From contig CAYZMG010000003.1 in assembly GCA_964479465.1 (NCBI GenBank), positions 56,812-120,811 of the forward strand: DNA of 64,000 nt. The letters run 5' to 3'. Positions 9,745 to 18,583 of the stretch are shown in pieces. The translations under genes were made by a program, and so were the position numbers. The notes under the pieces were generated by a model. It saw nothing but the letters and a program-made list of their open reading frames with translations, ran no database searches and was not told the DNA's origin. The stretch is from an uncultured Acidimicrobiales bacterium (lineage in GTDB: Bacteria; Actinomycetota; Acidimicrobiia; Acidimicrobiales; AC-14). Position 1 is the first letter of the stretch; the number at the start of each line of letters is the position of its first letter.

Positions 9745-10421
9745 TCCTCCTCGGGTTCGGTCTCGCCCAGGCGGGCGACGAGCTCTCGGTGGGCGCGTTG
9801 CAGGCGCTCCAGGTCGGCGCGTAGGCCGGCGACCGCGTCCTCCAGCGCCGCCACCCGGTCGATCCTCGCCGGCCGCCCGTCGGTGGCCGGCACGTCGTCG
9901 TCATCGTCGTCGCCGGCGAGGATCTCGGCCAGGTCGGCGCCCAGCAGGTGGGCCCAACGGCTCTCCTTCTGGCCGGGCCGGCGCTCGAGCCGGGCAGCCA
10001 GCGGTTCGTTGCGCCCGGCCAGCCGGCGCAGGGTGTCGTCGACCTCATCCTGGCTGGCGAAGGGATGCAGCCGCTCGGTACGGGTCCGCAGCTCCCCGGC
10101 GGTCTGCGGGCCGCGCAGCATGAGGACCGACAGGACGGCGAGATGCTCCGGCTCGAGGGCGTACATCTCGTCGAGGGTGTGGCGGTACTTGTCGGCCCGG
10201 TTGGAGCGGCTGTAGACGATCCGCACGACCTTGTCGGAACGCAGGTTCAGGAGGGCGTTGCTGACCGTGGCCTCGTCGAGCTTGGTGACGGGGTTGCGGT
10301 TCGACGTCTGGTTGCACGCCGACAGCAGGGCGTTGAGGGTGAGCGGGTAGTTGTCCGGGGTCGCCATCTCCTTCTCGATGAGGCACCCGACGATCCTCGA
10401 CTGCACCGGCGTCAGCTTCAC
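9741..10421 (-). CDS. YceH/DUF480-family protein with C-terminal acidic and coiled-coil extension
   Basis: In ORF 9741..10472(-), start set to GTG 10421 (VKLTPVQSRIVGCLIEKEMATPDNYPLTLNAL…). This is the typical DUF480 N-terminus. Confidence 0.8.
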   Translation of the reverse strand: MKLTPVQSRIVGCLIEKEMATPDNYPLTLNALLSACNQTSNRNPVTKLDEATVSNALLNLRSDKVVRIVYSRSNRADKYRHTLDEMYALEPEHLAVLSVLMLRGPQTAGELRTRTERLHPFASQDEVDDTLRRLAGRNEPLAARLERRPGQKESRWAHLLGADLAEILAGDDDDDDVPATDGRPARIDRVAALEDAVAGLRADLERLQRAHRELVARLGETEPEEE

Positions 10422-10423
10422 GG

Positions 10424-11443
10424 GTGCAAGGGTACGACGTGGCCCTGACCTTGAGCGTGCTCGACCAGGCACCGATCCCCGACGGCTCTACTGCAGCGGA
10501 GGCTCTCCAGCAGACGCTGGCCCTGGCCCGGGCCACAGAGGCGCTGGGGTACCGGCGGTTCTGGGTGGCCGAGCACCACGGCACCCGCTCGCTGGCGGCC
10601 ACCGCTCCTGAGGTTCTGGTCGGCGCGGTGGCGTCGGAGACGTCGACGATCCGGGTCGGTTCGGGCGGCGTGCTCCTGTCGCACTACAGCCCGTTGAAGG
10701 TCGCGGAGACGTTCCGGACGCTGTCTGCCCTGCACCCCGGCCGGATCGACCTGGGCGTCGGCCGCACACCGGGAGCCGATCCCGTCACCGAGGCGGCGCT
10801 GCAGTACCTCCCCGGCGTGCCGGGCGACGAGCGCTACGTCGACAAGGTGGTCGACCTCCTCGGCTTCCTCCACGACCGCCTCGAGCCCGGGCACCCGTTC
10901 GAGCAGGTCCGGGCCATGCCCGACGGCGTGCCGGCGCCGGCACTGTGGATGCTGGGATCGAGCAGCCACAGCGGGGCCGTCGCCGCCTACCTGGGCCAGC
11001 CGTTCGCCTTCGCCCACTTCATCACGCCGGCGTTCGGGCCCCAGGTCGTCGAGGCCTACCGGCGGGGCTTCGAGCCGTCGGCCACGAACGCGGCGCCGGC
11101 GGTCCTGGTGGCCGTTGGGGTGATCTGCGCCGAGACCGACGCCGAGGCCCGGCGGCTGGCCCGGTCGGCCGAGGTCTGGGGGCTGCGGCCGGAGGGCACG
11201 GAGCGGGGCCCGCTCCAGTCGCCCGAGGACGCGGCCGCCCGCACCCTGACGGAGCTGGAGGAGGCCAAGGTGGCCCAGAGCCGGGCGGCGCGGATCGTGG
11301 GCGACCCGCAGCGGGTGGGCGACGGTTTGACCGCCCTGGCCGCCAGCTACGGCGTGGACGAGCTGATGCTGGTCACCGTCTGCCACGACGCCGGCGCCCG
11401 CCGGCGGTCCTACGAGCTGGTGGCCGAGGCGCTTCTCGGGTAG
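10424..11443 (+). CDS. LLM-class (luciferase-like) flavin-dependent oxidoreductase
   Basis: ORF 10424..11443(+). LSVLDQAPIPDGSTAAEALQQTLALARATEALGYRRFWVAEHH is characteristic of the MsnO8-type LLM family. The exact start is uncertain (several GTG codons). Confidence 0.85.
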   Translation: MQGYDVALTLSVLDQAPIPDGSTAAEALQQTLALARATEALGYRRFWVAEHHGTRSLAATAPEVLVGAVASETSTIRVGSGGVLLSHYSPLKVAETFRTLSALHPGRIDLGVGRTPGADPVTEAALQYLPGVPGDERYVDKVVDLLGFLHDRLEPGHPFEQVRAMPDGVPAPALWMLGSSSHSGAVAAYLGQPFAFAHFITPAFGPQVVEAYRRGFEPSATNAAPAVLVAVGVICAETDAEARRLARSAEVWGLRPEGTERGPLQSPEDAAARTLTELEEAKVAQSRAARIVGDPQRVGDGLTALAASYGVDELMLVTVCHDAGARRRSYELVAEALLG

Positions 11444-11508
11444 GGGTCCGGGATGGTTCAGCAGATCGGCACCGAGTCGTCCACCGCGAGGACCTCTGAA
11501 GCTCGCTG

Positions 11509-11552
11509 AACTGGCTGCACCCACGGTCGTATCCGACCGTCAGTGCAGCCAG
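11509..11552. repeat. palindromic intergenic repeat, copy 1 (REP-like)
   Basis: AACTGGCTGCACccACGGTCGTATcCGACCGtCAGTGCAGCCAG sits in a convergent intergenic gap. It is the same element as 44171..44216 with a few substitutions. Confidence 0.85.
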
Positions 11553-11586
11553 ATCGCTCAGCGGGGTCGGCCCGCCGTCCGATCTC

Positions 11587-11940
11587 TCATTTCCGGCGCA
11601 GGCGCTTCCACCAGGGGGCCTTCTGGCGATCGCGCTCGACGCTCAGCTCGGCCATGATCCGGGGGCCGGCGGCGTTGACGATCTCCTCGGCGGCGTCGAG
11701 CAGCTCGGCGGCGCCGTTGCCGAGGCCGGGCGGCTCTGGCGGGGTGGGTGGGGCCAGCAGGGTGCCGTGGGCCCAGTTGACGTCGGCCAGGCGGGGGGCG
11801 AAGCCGGGGCAGTTCTCCGGGCAGCGCCACGGCGCCTCGGGGGCGAGGTCGACGTTGCACTTCCGCACCGTTTCGCCGGTCGGATAGGTCCGGCTCTCGT
11901 AGTTCTTGCAGTCGGTCCGCATCGGCATGGGGACCATCAT
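11587..11940 (-). CDS. hypothetical 4-Cys protein
   Basis: ORF 11587..11940(-). Coding-like composition. Cys residues sit in CKNY…KCNV…RCPENCPGF. No family recognised. Confidence 0.55.
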   Translation of the reverse strand: MMVPMPMRTDCKNYESRTYPTGETVRKCNVDLAPEAPWRCPENCPGFAPRLADVNWAHGTLLAPPTPPEPPGLGNGAAELLDAAEEIVNAAGPRIMAELSVERDRQKAPWWKRLRRK

Positions 11941-11949
11941 CTCAGCAAT

Positions 11950-11968
11950 CGAATTAATTCGGTTGACG
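11950..11968 (+). promoter_or_regulatory. AT-rich perfect palindrome CGAATTAATTCG abutting a TTGACG -35-like hexamer (candidate whiB7-type autoregulated promoter)
   Basis: Palindrome at 11950..11961 and TTGACG at 11963..11968, about 350 nt upstream of the AT-hook WhiB gene. I found no convincing -10, so this is tentative. Confidence 0.35.
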
Positions 11969-12198
11969 GGGCGCGCAGCGCGTGGTCACCATGTACCCAT
12001 GCGAGTAGTGGCCTGGCAGAACGCGTGCAAGCAGAGCGGCGGCGACCGCGGCCTGGCGCGTCCGCGTACGGCCATGACCACCGCATCGTTCGCCGCCGGG
12101 CGGTCGTTCGGCACCCACCACAACTACATCGAGCGGCCATGGGGCCCAGGAGGCGCATCACCGGGGTAGCCACCCCTCCCTCCGCAGCAAGGCCCCAA

Positions 12199-12232
12199 GG
12201 CCGCCGGGATTCTCCCGGCGGCCTTTCTCATT
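12199..12232 (+). terminator. intrinsic-terminator-like hairpin in the whiB leader (candidate attenuator)
   Basis: GGCCGCCGGGA-TTC-TCCCGGCGGCC forms 10-11 bp of perfect stem and is followed by TTTCTCATT. It lies between a leader ORF (stop 12169) and the whiB ATG at 12320. Confidence 0.5.
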
Positions 12233-12319
12233 GCCGCAAACCGGATCAACCAGCCACATTCGTCGAGAACAGTCATCGAGAACATTTACCGAAGACAGGA
12301 ACGGAGAGGAGCGAGCGAG

Positions 12320-12664
12320 ATGCTGGCCGAGCGGCGGGATAAACAGGAGTTCGACCAGGGCCAGGACCAGGCGTGGCTGTGGACCAACGCGCGGTGCAAC
12401 GACGGGACCGGGAACCTGCTGGCGCTGTTCTTCTCCGAGCAGCTGGACGACATCGCCCGGGCCAAGGCCTTCTGCGGTGAGTGCCCGGTCAAGGAGGCCT
12501 GTTTCGAGGCCGCCCTGGTCCGGCGCGAGCCTTACGGCGTGTGGGGCGGTCGCCTGTTCTTCAAGGGCAAGGTGCTGGCGGTCAAGCGGCCTCGGGGTCG
12601 TCCGCCCAAGAACCCCCGCCCGGAGGTGGCCATGAACCCCGAGCAGGAGACCCTCATCGCCTGA
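12320..12664 (+). CDS. whiB7: WhiB-family Fe-S transcription factor with C-terminal AT-hook (WhiB7/WblC-like)
   Basis: ORF 12320..12664(+). Cys pattern is C-X25-CGEC-X5-C. The GVWGG turn is present, followed by the basic AT-hook KRPRGRPPKNPRP. Confidence 0.85.
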   Translation: MLAERRDKQEFDQGQDQAWLWTNARCNDGTGNLLALFFSEQLDDIARAKAFCGECPVKEACFEAALVRREPYGVWGGRLFFKGKVLAVKRPRGRPPKNPRPEVAMNPEQETLIA

Positions 12665-14111
12665 CCCCCACAGGCCCACACACCCGCTGGCGGGCGTCCG
12701 CCGCCCGCCAGCGGGACGTGTTGGCGGCGGCCCAGCCGTCGAACGGCCAGTCCCCGCCGGCGCAGACGGCATCGAGGACGGCCGTGCGCTCCGGCTCTTT
12801 GAGGCGGGGGAGCGCTTCGACGAGCGCCGGCACGGCGTCGTCGGAGAGCTCGGCCAGGTATACCGGGTCGACGGCCAGCTGGCGGGCCGCCCGTTCGACG
12901 TTGTGGCGGGCGACGATGGCCTCCGGGTTGAGGGCGTTGAGCCCCAGCAGCAGGGCCAGACCGGCCACCAGGGCGGCGCCGGTGAACCACGCCCGGTCGG
13001 CGCCGGCGCCGCTGAGCGCCAGGGCGGCGAGGACGAGCACGCTGCCGATCCACAGGGTGAACACCAAGCTGAAGAAGCGGAGCATCGTCAGGCCGTAGGC
13101 GTCGGTGTACAGGCCGAGGCGGCGTACGGCCACGGCGAGGATGACCAGCGTGAGGCCGATGGCGACCTCTCCCAGGACGGTGAACCGCCGGCGGTCGGCC
13201 GGATCGGAAAGGTCGGTGACCGCCCGGAGCCCGACGAGGGCGACGAGGGTGATGGCAGCGACGGCCACCAGCTGGAAGAAGCCCTGACGGGCGTACTCGG
13301 CATAGGTGAGCCCGGCGGTCTCGAGCACGTGGCGAGCCCCGCCGGCCACGGCGATGACCTGGGCCACGGCGAAGGCGCTGAAGAGGGCCACGAGCGAGCC
13401 GACGACGACGGTGGCCTCGACGTGGCCCAGGCGGTACGGCAGATGGGGAGGGGCCGGCGCAGGTTCGGCCGAGACGAGGCGCAGGAGGCCGGTCATGCCC
13501 CACGCGCCGATGCCGAGCAGTACGGCGTGGGTGATCACGGTCTCCGGCGACTCCCACCAGCTGAAGAAGCCGGCGAAGACTGCGTCCGCGGAGGCCAGCA
13601 GCAGTCCCAGGACGACGAGCAGCGGCAGGGCCAGGCCGGCGCCGGCCAGGATGGCCACGGGCCGGCGGCGGGACAGCGGCGCGGCCAGGAACGCCGGCGC
13701 CGCCAGCCCGTGGGCGGTGGCGTGGATGGCTCGGACGGCCAGGCTGGGGACCGGCAGGTCGAACAGGCGGCCGCCCCCGGCCAGCGAGGATCCCAGGAGC
13801 AGGAGGCCGGCGACGGCCATGATGTCCAGGGGCAGCAGCCAGGGGCTCGTTCGCAGCGACAGGAAGAGTCCGAAGGCCAGGGCGGCACCGACCACGCACG
13901 CGGCGTCGAGTCCGGCCACCCGCCGGCTGGCCAGCAGGCCGGCGACCACGGCGACGACCAGCAGCGTGCCAGCCACGCCGGCCATGCCGGACCGCACAGC
14001 CAGGTCGGCCAGCACCGCGGCCACCGCTGCGGCCACGAGAACCCGGGCATCGGCGGGGCGTTTCACGCCCAGCGCGAGGGGCCGAGTGACCGGGTCGTTG
14101 ACGATGCTCAT
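12654..14111 (-). CDS. polytopic membrane protein (DUF4153/DUF4173-like)
   Basis: ORF 12654..14111(-), 485 aa and almost entirely hydrophobic helices. It is translationally coupled downstream of the histidine kinase gene by a 4-nt overlap. Confidence 0.7.
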   Translation of the reverse strand: MSIVNDPVTRPLALGVKRPADARVLVAAAVAAVLADLAVRSGMAGVAGTLLVVAVVAGLLASRRVAGLDAACVVGAALAFGLFLSLRTSPWLLPLDIMAVAGLLLLGSSLAGGGRLFDLPVPSLAVRAIHATAHGLAAPAFLAAPLSRRRPVAILAGAGLALPLLVVLGLLLASADAVFAGFFSWWESPETVITHAVLLGIGAWGMTGLLRLVSAEPAPAPPHLPYRLGHVEATVVVGSLVALFSAFAVAQVIAVAGGARHVLETAGLTYAEYARQGFFQLVAVAAITLVALVGLRAVTDLSDPADRRRFTVLGEVAIGLTLVILAVAVRRLGLYTDAYGLTMLRFFSLVFTLWIGSVLVLAALALSGAGADRAWFTGAALVAGLALLLGLNALNPEAIVARHNVERAARQLAVDPVYLAELSDDAVPALVEALPRLKEPERTAVLDAVCAGGDWPFDGWAAANTSRWRAADARQRVCGPVGVRR

Positions 14112-15109
14112 GACCGCGCCGCCGGCAGCTGGACGACCATTCGGCAGCCATGGGGCTGGCGGGTCTCGACCCGGATGTCGCCCCCGTGGAGGTCCACGAT
14201 CCAGCGGGCGATGGCCAGTCCGAGGCCGGCGCCGCCGTCCTTGGACGAACGGGCCGAGTCGGCCCGGTAGAAGCGTTCGAACACCTTGCTTCTCTCCTCT
14301 TCGCTGATGCCAGGTCCTTCGTCGTTGACCTCGATGGTCACGCCGGCCCGGTCCTTGGTGGCCCGCAGCTCCACCGTCCCGCCGGCAGGGGAGTGGCGGA
14401 CGGCGTTGTCGAGCAGGTTGGCGAGCACCTGATGCACGCGGGCCGGGTCACCGTCGGCGGTGGCCCCGGCCGGGTCGACCCGTACCGAGACCGCCACGTC
14501 GGTGGCCCGCAGCCGGGTCTCGCCGGCGACGTCCTCCAGGAGTGGCTGCAGCTCGAAGGACCGTCGTTGCAGGGGGACGGCGCCGGATTCGAGGCGCGAC
14601 AGGTCCAGGAGCTGGGTGACCAGGGCACCGAGGCGCTCGGCCTGTCGCAGCATGGTCCGTAGCGTCTCGGGGTCCGCCGGCTCGACGCCGTCGACCAGGT
14701 TCTCGAGGACCGCCTGGAGGGCGGTGATGGGCGTCCGTAGCTCGTGCGATACGTTGGCCACCAGCTCCCGGCGCACCCGGTCGACCTCGCCCAGCTGGGT
14801 GGCCATCTGGTTGAAGGCCCGGGCCAGCTCGCCTACCTCGTCGCGGGAACTGGCGGTGACCCGGCGCCCGTAGTCGCCCCGGGCCATCGCCGCGGCGGCG
14901 GCGGCCATCTCCCGCAGGGGCGACGTCATCCCGTGGGCCAACACCTGCACCAGGCCGAGCGACAGGGCGCCGGCGGCGAGGGCGCTGACGACGGGCGACA
15001 CGCCGGCGCCGGTGCTCACGGAGACGACCAGCACGGTGACGGCCACGGCGGCCACGATGACCGCGCCCAGCTTCATCTTGATGGAGGTCAGGGGATCGAG
15101 CGGCCTCAC
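14108..15109 (-). CDS. sensor histidine kinase (TM-HAMP-HisKA-HATPase)
   Basis: In ORF 14108..15232(-). H-box SHELRTPITAL; G-boxes DEGPGI and GGAGLGLAIA. Start set to GTG 15109, which overlaps the regulator stop (GTGA). ATG 15076 is the alternative start. Confidence 0.85.
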   Translation of the reverse strand: MRPLDPLTSIKMKLGAVIVAAVAVTVLVVSVSTGAGVSPVVSALAAGALSLGLVQVLAHGMTSPLREMAAAAAAMARGDYGRRVTASSRDEVGELARAFNQMATQLGEVDRVRRELVANVSHELRTPITALQAVLENLVDGVEPADPETLRTMLRQAERLGALVTQLLDLSRLESGAVPLQRRSFELQPLLEDVAGETRLRATDVAVSVRVDPAGATADGDPARVHQVLANLLDNAVRHSPAGGTVELRATKDRAGVTIEVNDEGPGISEEERSKVFERFYRADSARSSKDGGAGLGLAIARWIVDLHGGDIRVETRQPHGCRMVVQLPAARS

Positions 15110-15795
15110 GGGAGGTCGAGGGCGTAGCCCACGCCGTGCACCGTGCGCACGATCTCCGACCCGAGCTTGCGGCGCAGCGAGCGGATGTGGGAGTCGACGG
15201 TGCGGGCGCCCGACCCGTCGCGGTACCCCCACACCTGGTGCAGCAACTGCTCCCGGGAGGCGACCGCGCCGGGGTGGGCTGCCAGCCAGGAGAGAAGGTC
15301 GAATTCAGTCGGCGTGAGATGGACGTCCTCGCCGGCCCGGCGCACCCGCCGGCTGGTGGCATCGACCTCGATGTCGCCGATCTTCACCGCCGGCGCCACT
15401 GCCCCGGTGCCGGGGAAGACCAGGGTCCGCTCCATGCGCCGGAGGATGGCGTGGACCCGGGCGACCAGCTCCCGGGGGCTGAACGGCTTGCTCATGTAGT
15501 CGTCGGCGCCCACGGCCAGGCCCACGAGCATGTCGGTCTCGGAGTCACGCGCCGTGAGCATGAGCACCGGTACGGGCCGCTCTTTCTGCACCTGGCGGCA
15601 CACTTCGAGGCCGTCGAGGCCGGGAAGCATGAGGTCGAGGATGACGAGGTCGGGCCGCACCTCGTGGCAGAGGGCGACGCCGGCCGGGCCGTCGCCGGCG
15701 ATCTCCACCTTGAAACCCTCGCTGCGGAGACGGGCAGCCACCGCCGAGGCAATGGACGCCTCGTCCTCGATGACGACGACCGTCCGCTCCTGCAT
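15106..15795 (-). CDS. OmpR/PhoB-family response regulator
   Basis: ORF 15106..15795(-). Receiver motifs VVVIEDE, DLVILDLMLPGLDG and DDYMSKPF. Winged-helix output domain: LTPTEFDLLSWLA and RTVDSHIRSLRRKL. Confidence 0.9.
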   Translation of the reverse strand: MQERTVVVIEDEASIASAVAARLRSEGFKVEIAGDGPAGVALCHEVRPDLVILDLMLPGLDGLEVCRQVQKERPVPVLMLTARDSETDMLVGLAVGADDYMSKPFSPRELVARVHAILRRMERTLVFPGTGAVAPAVKIGDIEVDATSRRVRRAGEDVHLTPTEFDLLSWLAAHPGAVASREQLLHQVWGYRDGSGARTVDSHIRSLRRKLGSEIVRTVHGVGYALDLP

Positions 15796-15840
15796 GTCTC
15801 CCAGGATAAGAACCAGATGTGCAGGAGTCCTGCGTAGCCC

Positions 15841-16110
15841 GTGGAGATTCGGTGCAGACTCAGAAGTATGTGCAGCCAGGAAGATCCCGAGGACCAGACG
15901 CCCGCCGACGAGACGGCCGAGGACGAGCCGGACGACGACGACACACCGCCCACTGATGACGAGCGCATCGAGCAGCTCACCGAGCGCATCGAGAAGGCGC
16001 GGACCCAGGCCGAGGACGCCGGCGTGATCAAGGAATCCGACGACGAGGCGTACGTCGAGAGTGGCGCCACCGAGGGGGAGGACGACCAGACCATCACTCC
16101 ACCCGGCTAA
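15841..16110 (+). CDS. small highly acidic hypothetical protein
   Basis: ORF 15841..16110(+). Asp/Glu-rich (…EDPEDQTPADETAEDEPDDDD…). The start is uncertain (GTG 15841 or ATG 15868). Low-complexity, so coding status is moderate. Confidence 0.45.
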   Translation: MEIRCRLRSMCSQEDPEDQTPADETAEDEPDDDDTPPTDDERIEQLTERIEKARTQAEDAGVIKESDDEAYVESGATEGEDDQTITPPG

Positions 16111-16125
16111 GCCCGGCGGCGCAAC

Positions 16126-16782
16126 TCAGTGTGCCGGCGGCTCGGTCGACGGGCCGACGTGGGTGGCCAGCCAGGCGTTCATTGACCTCGCCACCCGCCA
16201 CACCTCGACGATGCGCTCAGCGGCTGCCGGTGTGCCCAGCCAGTGGGCCGGCGGGAACCGCCGCATGACCGCCACACTCTTCTGGCGCAGCAGCGCGACC
16301 CGGGGGTGGTCGCGCGGGTAGCCCCGGGGCGCCGTCTTGAGGCCGGGAGCCTCGTTGGTCAGCTTCTTGGCCGCCAGGTCGGCCAGGATCCGTTCGAGTG
16401 CGGCGCCGGCCCGTTCGTCATCGACGGCCCGCCGGTACCGGTCGAGCTGGTCGTTGGACATCATCCAGTAGCCCGTCGCCACGACCAGGCCCTTGGCTGA
16501 GATCTCGACGTAGTACGCCTCGCCGCCATCGCCCTCGGTCACCGCGTAGCAGCGTGTCTTGTAGGGCGACTTGTCCTTGCTGAACCGGACGTCGCGGTTG
16601 GGCCGGAACACCTTGAGCGGCCCGAACTCCTCGGCGACAACGTCGCCAAGCGCCTCGAAGGGCGCCTTGACGTCTCGCTCGTAGGTCTCCTTGTGGGCGA
16701 GCCAGAACGCCCGCGTGTTGTCAGTTTCGAGGTCGCGGTAGAACTCGAGGGCGGCGTCAGGCCAGCCGCGAAAGCTCGCCAT
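16126..16782 (-). CDS. DUF2461 (TIGR02453) family protein
   Basis: ORF 16126..16782(-). Carries FRGWPDAALEFYRDLETDNTRAFWLAHKETYE and FRPNRDVRFSKDKSPYKT, typical for the family. Confidence 0.8.
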   Translation of the reverse strand: MASFRGWPDAALEFYRDLETDNTRAFWLAHKETYERDVKAPFEALGDVVAEEFGPLKVFRPNRDVRFSKDKSPYKTRCYAVTEGDGGEAYYVEISAKGLVVATGYWMMSNDQLDRYRRAVDDERAGAALERILADLAAKKLTNEAPGLKTAPRGYPRDHPRVALLRQKSVAVMRRFPPAHWLGTPAAAERIVEVWRVARSMNAWLATHVGPSTEPPAH

Positions 16783-16785
16783 GGC

Positions 16786-17424
16786 TCAGCCGCCCACCGC
16801 CGCCGCGTCGATGAGCCGGCGGACGATCTTGCCCACGGGCTCGAAGTCCGACCCGTCGAGGGCGTGGTCGATCCGGTTCCGGGCGTGCTTGCGGGTGCTG
16901 CGTTCGGGGGCGACGACCTCCAGGAGGTCTGCCGGCCCCGTCATCGAGAGGACAAGGGAGGTGCGGGCCTCGATCGGTCCGTCGTCCGCCGCCGCAGCCC
17001 GCAGTCGATCGGCTATCGCATCCCAGGCGGCACGATCGAGGACCGGCCGCTTGGGCCGCAACCCGCCCGTGGAGGTTCCGACGATGCCGGCGCCGGCGAG
17101 GCCGGAGAAGACGGCCTCTTGCGTCGACATCCCGATGCGCTGCTCGAGGCCTCTGCTCATGTGTGACAGCACACCCCTCATCTTCGGGCCTTTCTCGGCG
17201 AGGACGTCCAGGGCGGCGGCCAGCGCAGGCGAACCCGGGACCTCGCGACCGGGCACGGCGACGATGCGGTCGGCACGGTCGCCGGGGCCGACCAATTTGT
17301 CGAGGAGAAGCTCGGCCACAAGGAGGCCGGCGAGGCATGCGTTCAGATCGCAGCCGGTGCCGAGCTGGAGGCGGCCTGATTCTGGCTTGATGGCCACGAG
17401 CGCCAGTTCCTCGGCGAGCAGCAT
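16786..17424 (-). CDS. GPP34/GOLPH3-like family protein
   Basis: In ORF 16786..17547(-), start set to ATG 17424 (MLLAEELALVAIKPESGRLQLGTGCDLNACLAGLLVAELLL), the typical GPP34 N-terminus. Confidence 0.75.
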   Translation of the reverse strand: MLLAEELALVAIKPESGRLQLGTGCDLNACLAGLLVAELLLDKLVGPGDRADRIVAVPGREVPGSPALAAALDVLAEKGPKMRGVLSHMSRGLEQRIGMSTQEAVFSGLAGAGIVGTSTGGLRPKRPVLDRAAWDAIADRLRAAAADDGPIEARTSLVLSMTGPADLLEVVAPERSTRKHARNRIDHALDGSDFEPVGKIVRRLIDAAAVGG

Positions 17425-17465
17425 GTCTCGCAGGCTACCGACCACGACTTTCCTACGCTGCGGCA

Positions 17466-17873
17466 ATGGAACTGCGTGCGATCGGCCGCGTCGAGTCAGC
17501 ACTGGTCGATCCGGCGGCTGCCCCCAAGCAGGGCCACGAGGGCGCACCGCCGGCGTGGCTCGCCTTCGACGACTCCGTGGCCGCCGGTCTGGCCGACCTG
17601 CGGGCCGGCGAGGAGATACTCGTCCTGACCTGGCTCGACCGCGCTCGACGGGATGTGCTCGTCGTGCATCCCCGGGACGACCCCGCCGCCCCCGAGACCG
17701 GTGTGTTCAGCACCCGTTCCGCCGACCGGCCCAACCCCATCGGCATCCACCCGACGGCGATCCTTCAGGTCGACGGTACGCGCCTGCTGGTGGCCGAGAT
17801 CGAGGCCGTGGACGGCACGCCGATCATCGACGTGAAGCCGGTGCTCACAGCGCGTACTCGAGGTGGACGGTGA
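17466..17873 (+). CDS. TsaA/TrmO (YaeB)-like SAM-dependent methyltransferase domain protein
   Basis: ORF 17466..17873(+). Carries IGRVES…PKQG, GVFSTRSADRPNPIG and AVDGTPIIDVKP. Confidence 0.8.
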   Translation: MELRAIGRVESALVDPAAAPKQGHEGAPPAWLAFDDSVAAGLADLRAGEEILVLTWLDRARRDVLVVHPRDDPAAPETGVFSTRSADRPNPIGIHPTAILQVDGTRLLVAEIEAVDGTPIIDVKPVLTARTRGGR

Positions 17874-18518
17874 GCGTCGTGCGCGCCGGCGTCTCCGAGG
17901 AGTTGAGATTGACGGTGAGGAGGTCGTGCCCGTCGACCGCGGAGAAGTAGCACACGGTGGTCTCCTCTCTTTGGACACTGGCGCCAAACCAGGCGGATAG
18001 CGCCTGCTGCACTGCCGGGCACGCGGCCACAGGATCCTCGGCGGTCGTCCATTGCCGGGTCACCCCGTAGTCCTCGGGGCCGAGCGACGGATCGGGCGGG
18101 CGCGGCGCGAACGTGTCCGGGAGCCGGAGCCCGCTGAGCCGCTTCGTCCACCGGTCCTCGAGCTCGGCCTCGCCAGCGCGAAGGCCATCGCGAGGGAGAC
18201 GACCATGGCCGCGACGAAGAGCGCCGGCACCCATGCGGGCGTGGCCCCCCTGAGAAAGGTGGACCACCACGACACGGCCCCGGCACCGCCGGCGACGACC
18301 GCCACCAGGCACGGCACGATCGGCGGCCGATTGAGCTCGGCATCGACCTCCTGGGCGTACTCGGCTCCAATGACGACCTGGCTCAGGACGCCGACGGCCA
18401 GGCCGAGGAGCGCCAGGAGGCCGAGAACCGCCAGGGCGAGCGCGCACAGCCGGCGGGACCACTCGCCTCCTGAGCGATCGAATGCGGCGGGTGCCGCAGT
18501 ACCGGGCTTCGGTGTCAT
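17845..18518 (-). pseudogene. membrane-anchored hypothetical protein, apparent frameshift near 18165-18175
   Basis: From ATG 18518 the frame of ORF 18060..18881(-) encodes TM helices (LCALALAVLGLLALLGLAVGVL; VPALFVAAMVVSLAMAFALA) and then degenerates into an R/S-rich tail. From about 18170 the frame of ORF 17845..18891(-) reads protein-like (…AELEDRWTKRLSGLRLPDTF…TVHLEYAL). Confidence 0.45.
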
Positions 18519-18583
18519 GGAGCCATGATGCGCTTCTCCCCGGCGTTGGCAATGGGCCTTGCCCCCATCCTCCGCCACCGCTG

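Noticed and set aside
10418-11524. 368-aa minus-strand ORF
   Set aside because: It is antisense to the LLM oxidoreductase gene, whose N-terminal signature is clear. No motifs are present and the composition is biased.
12532-14270. Long ORFs 12532..14151(-) and 12903..14270(+)
   Set aside because: They are alternative or antisense frames of the polytopic membrane protein gene 12654..14111(-). Their translations are Arg/Gly/Pro-rich with no motifs.
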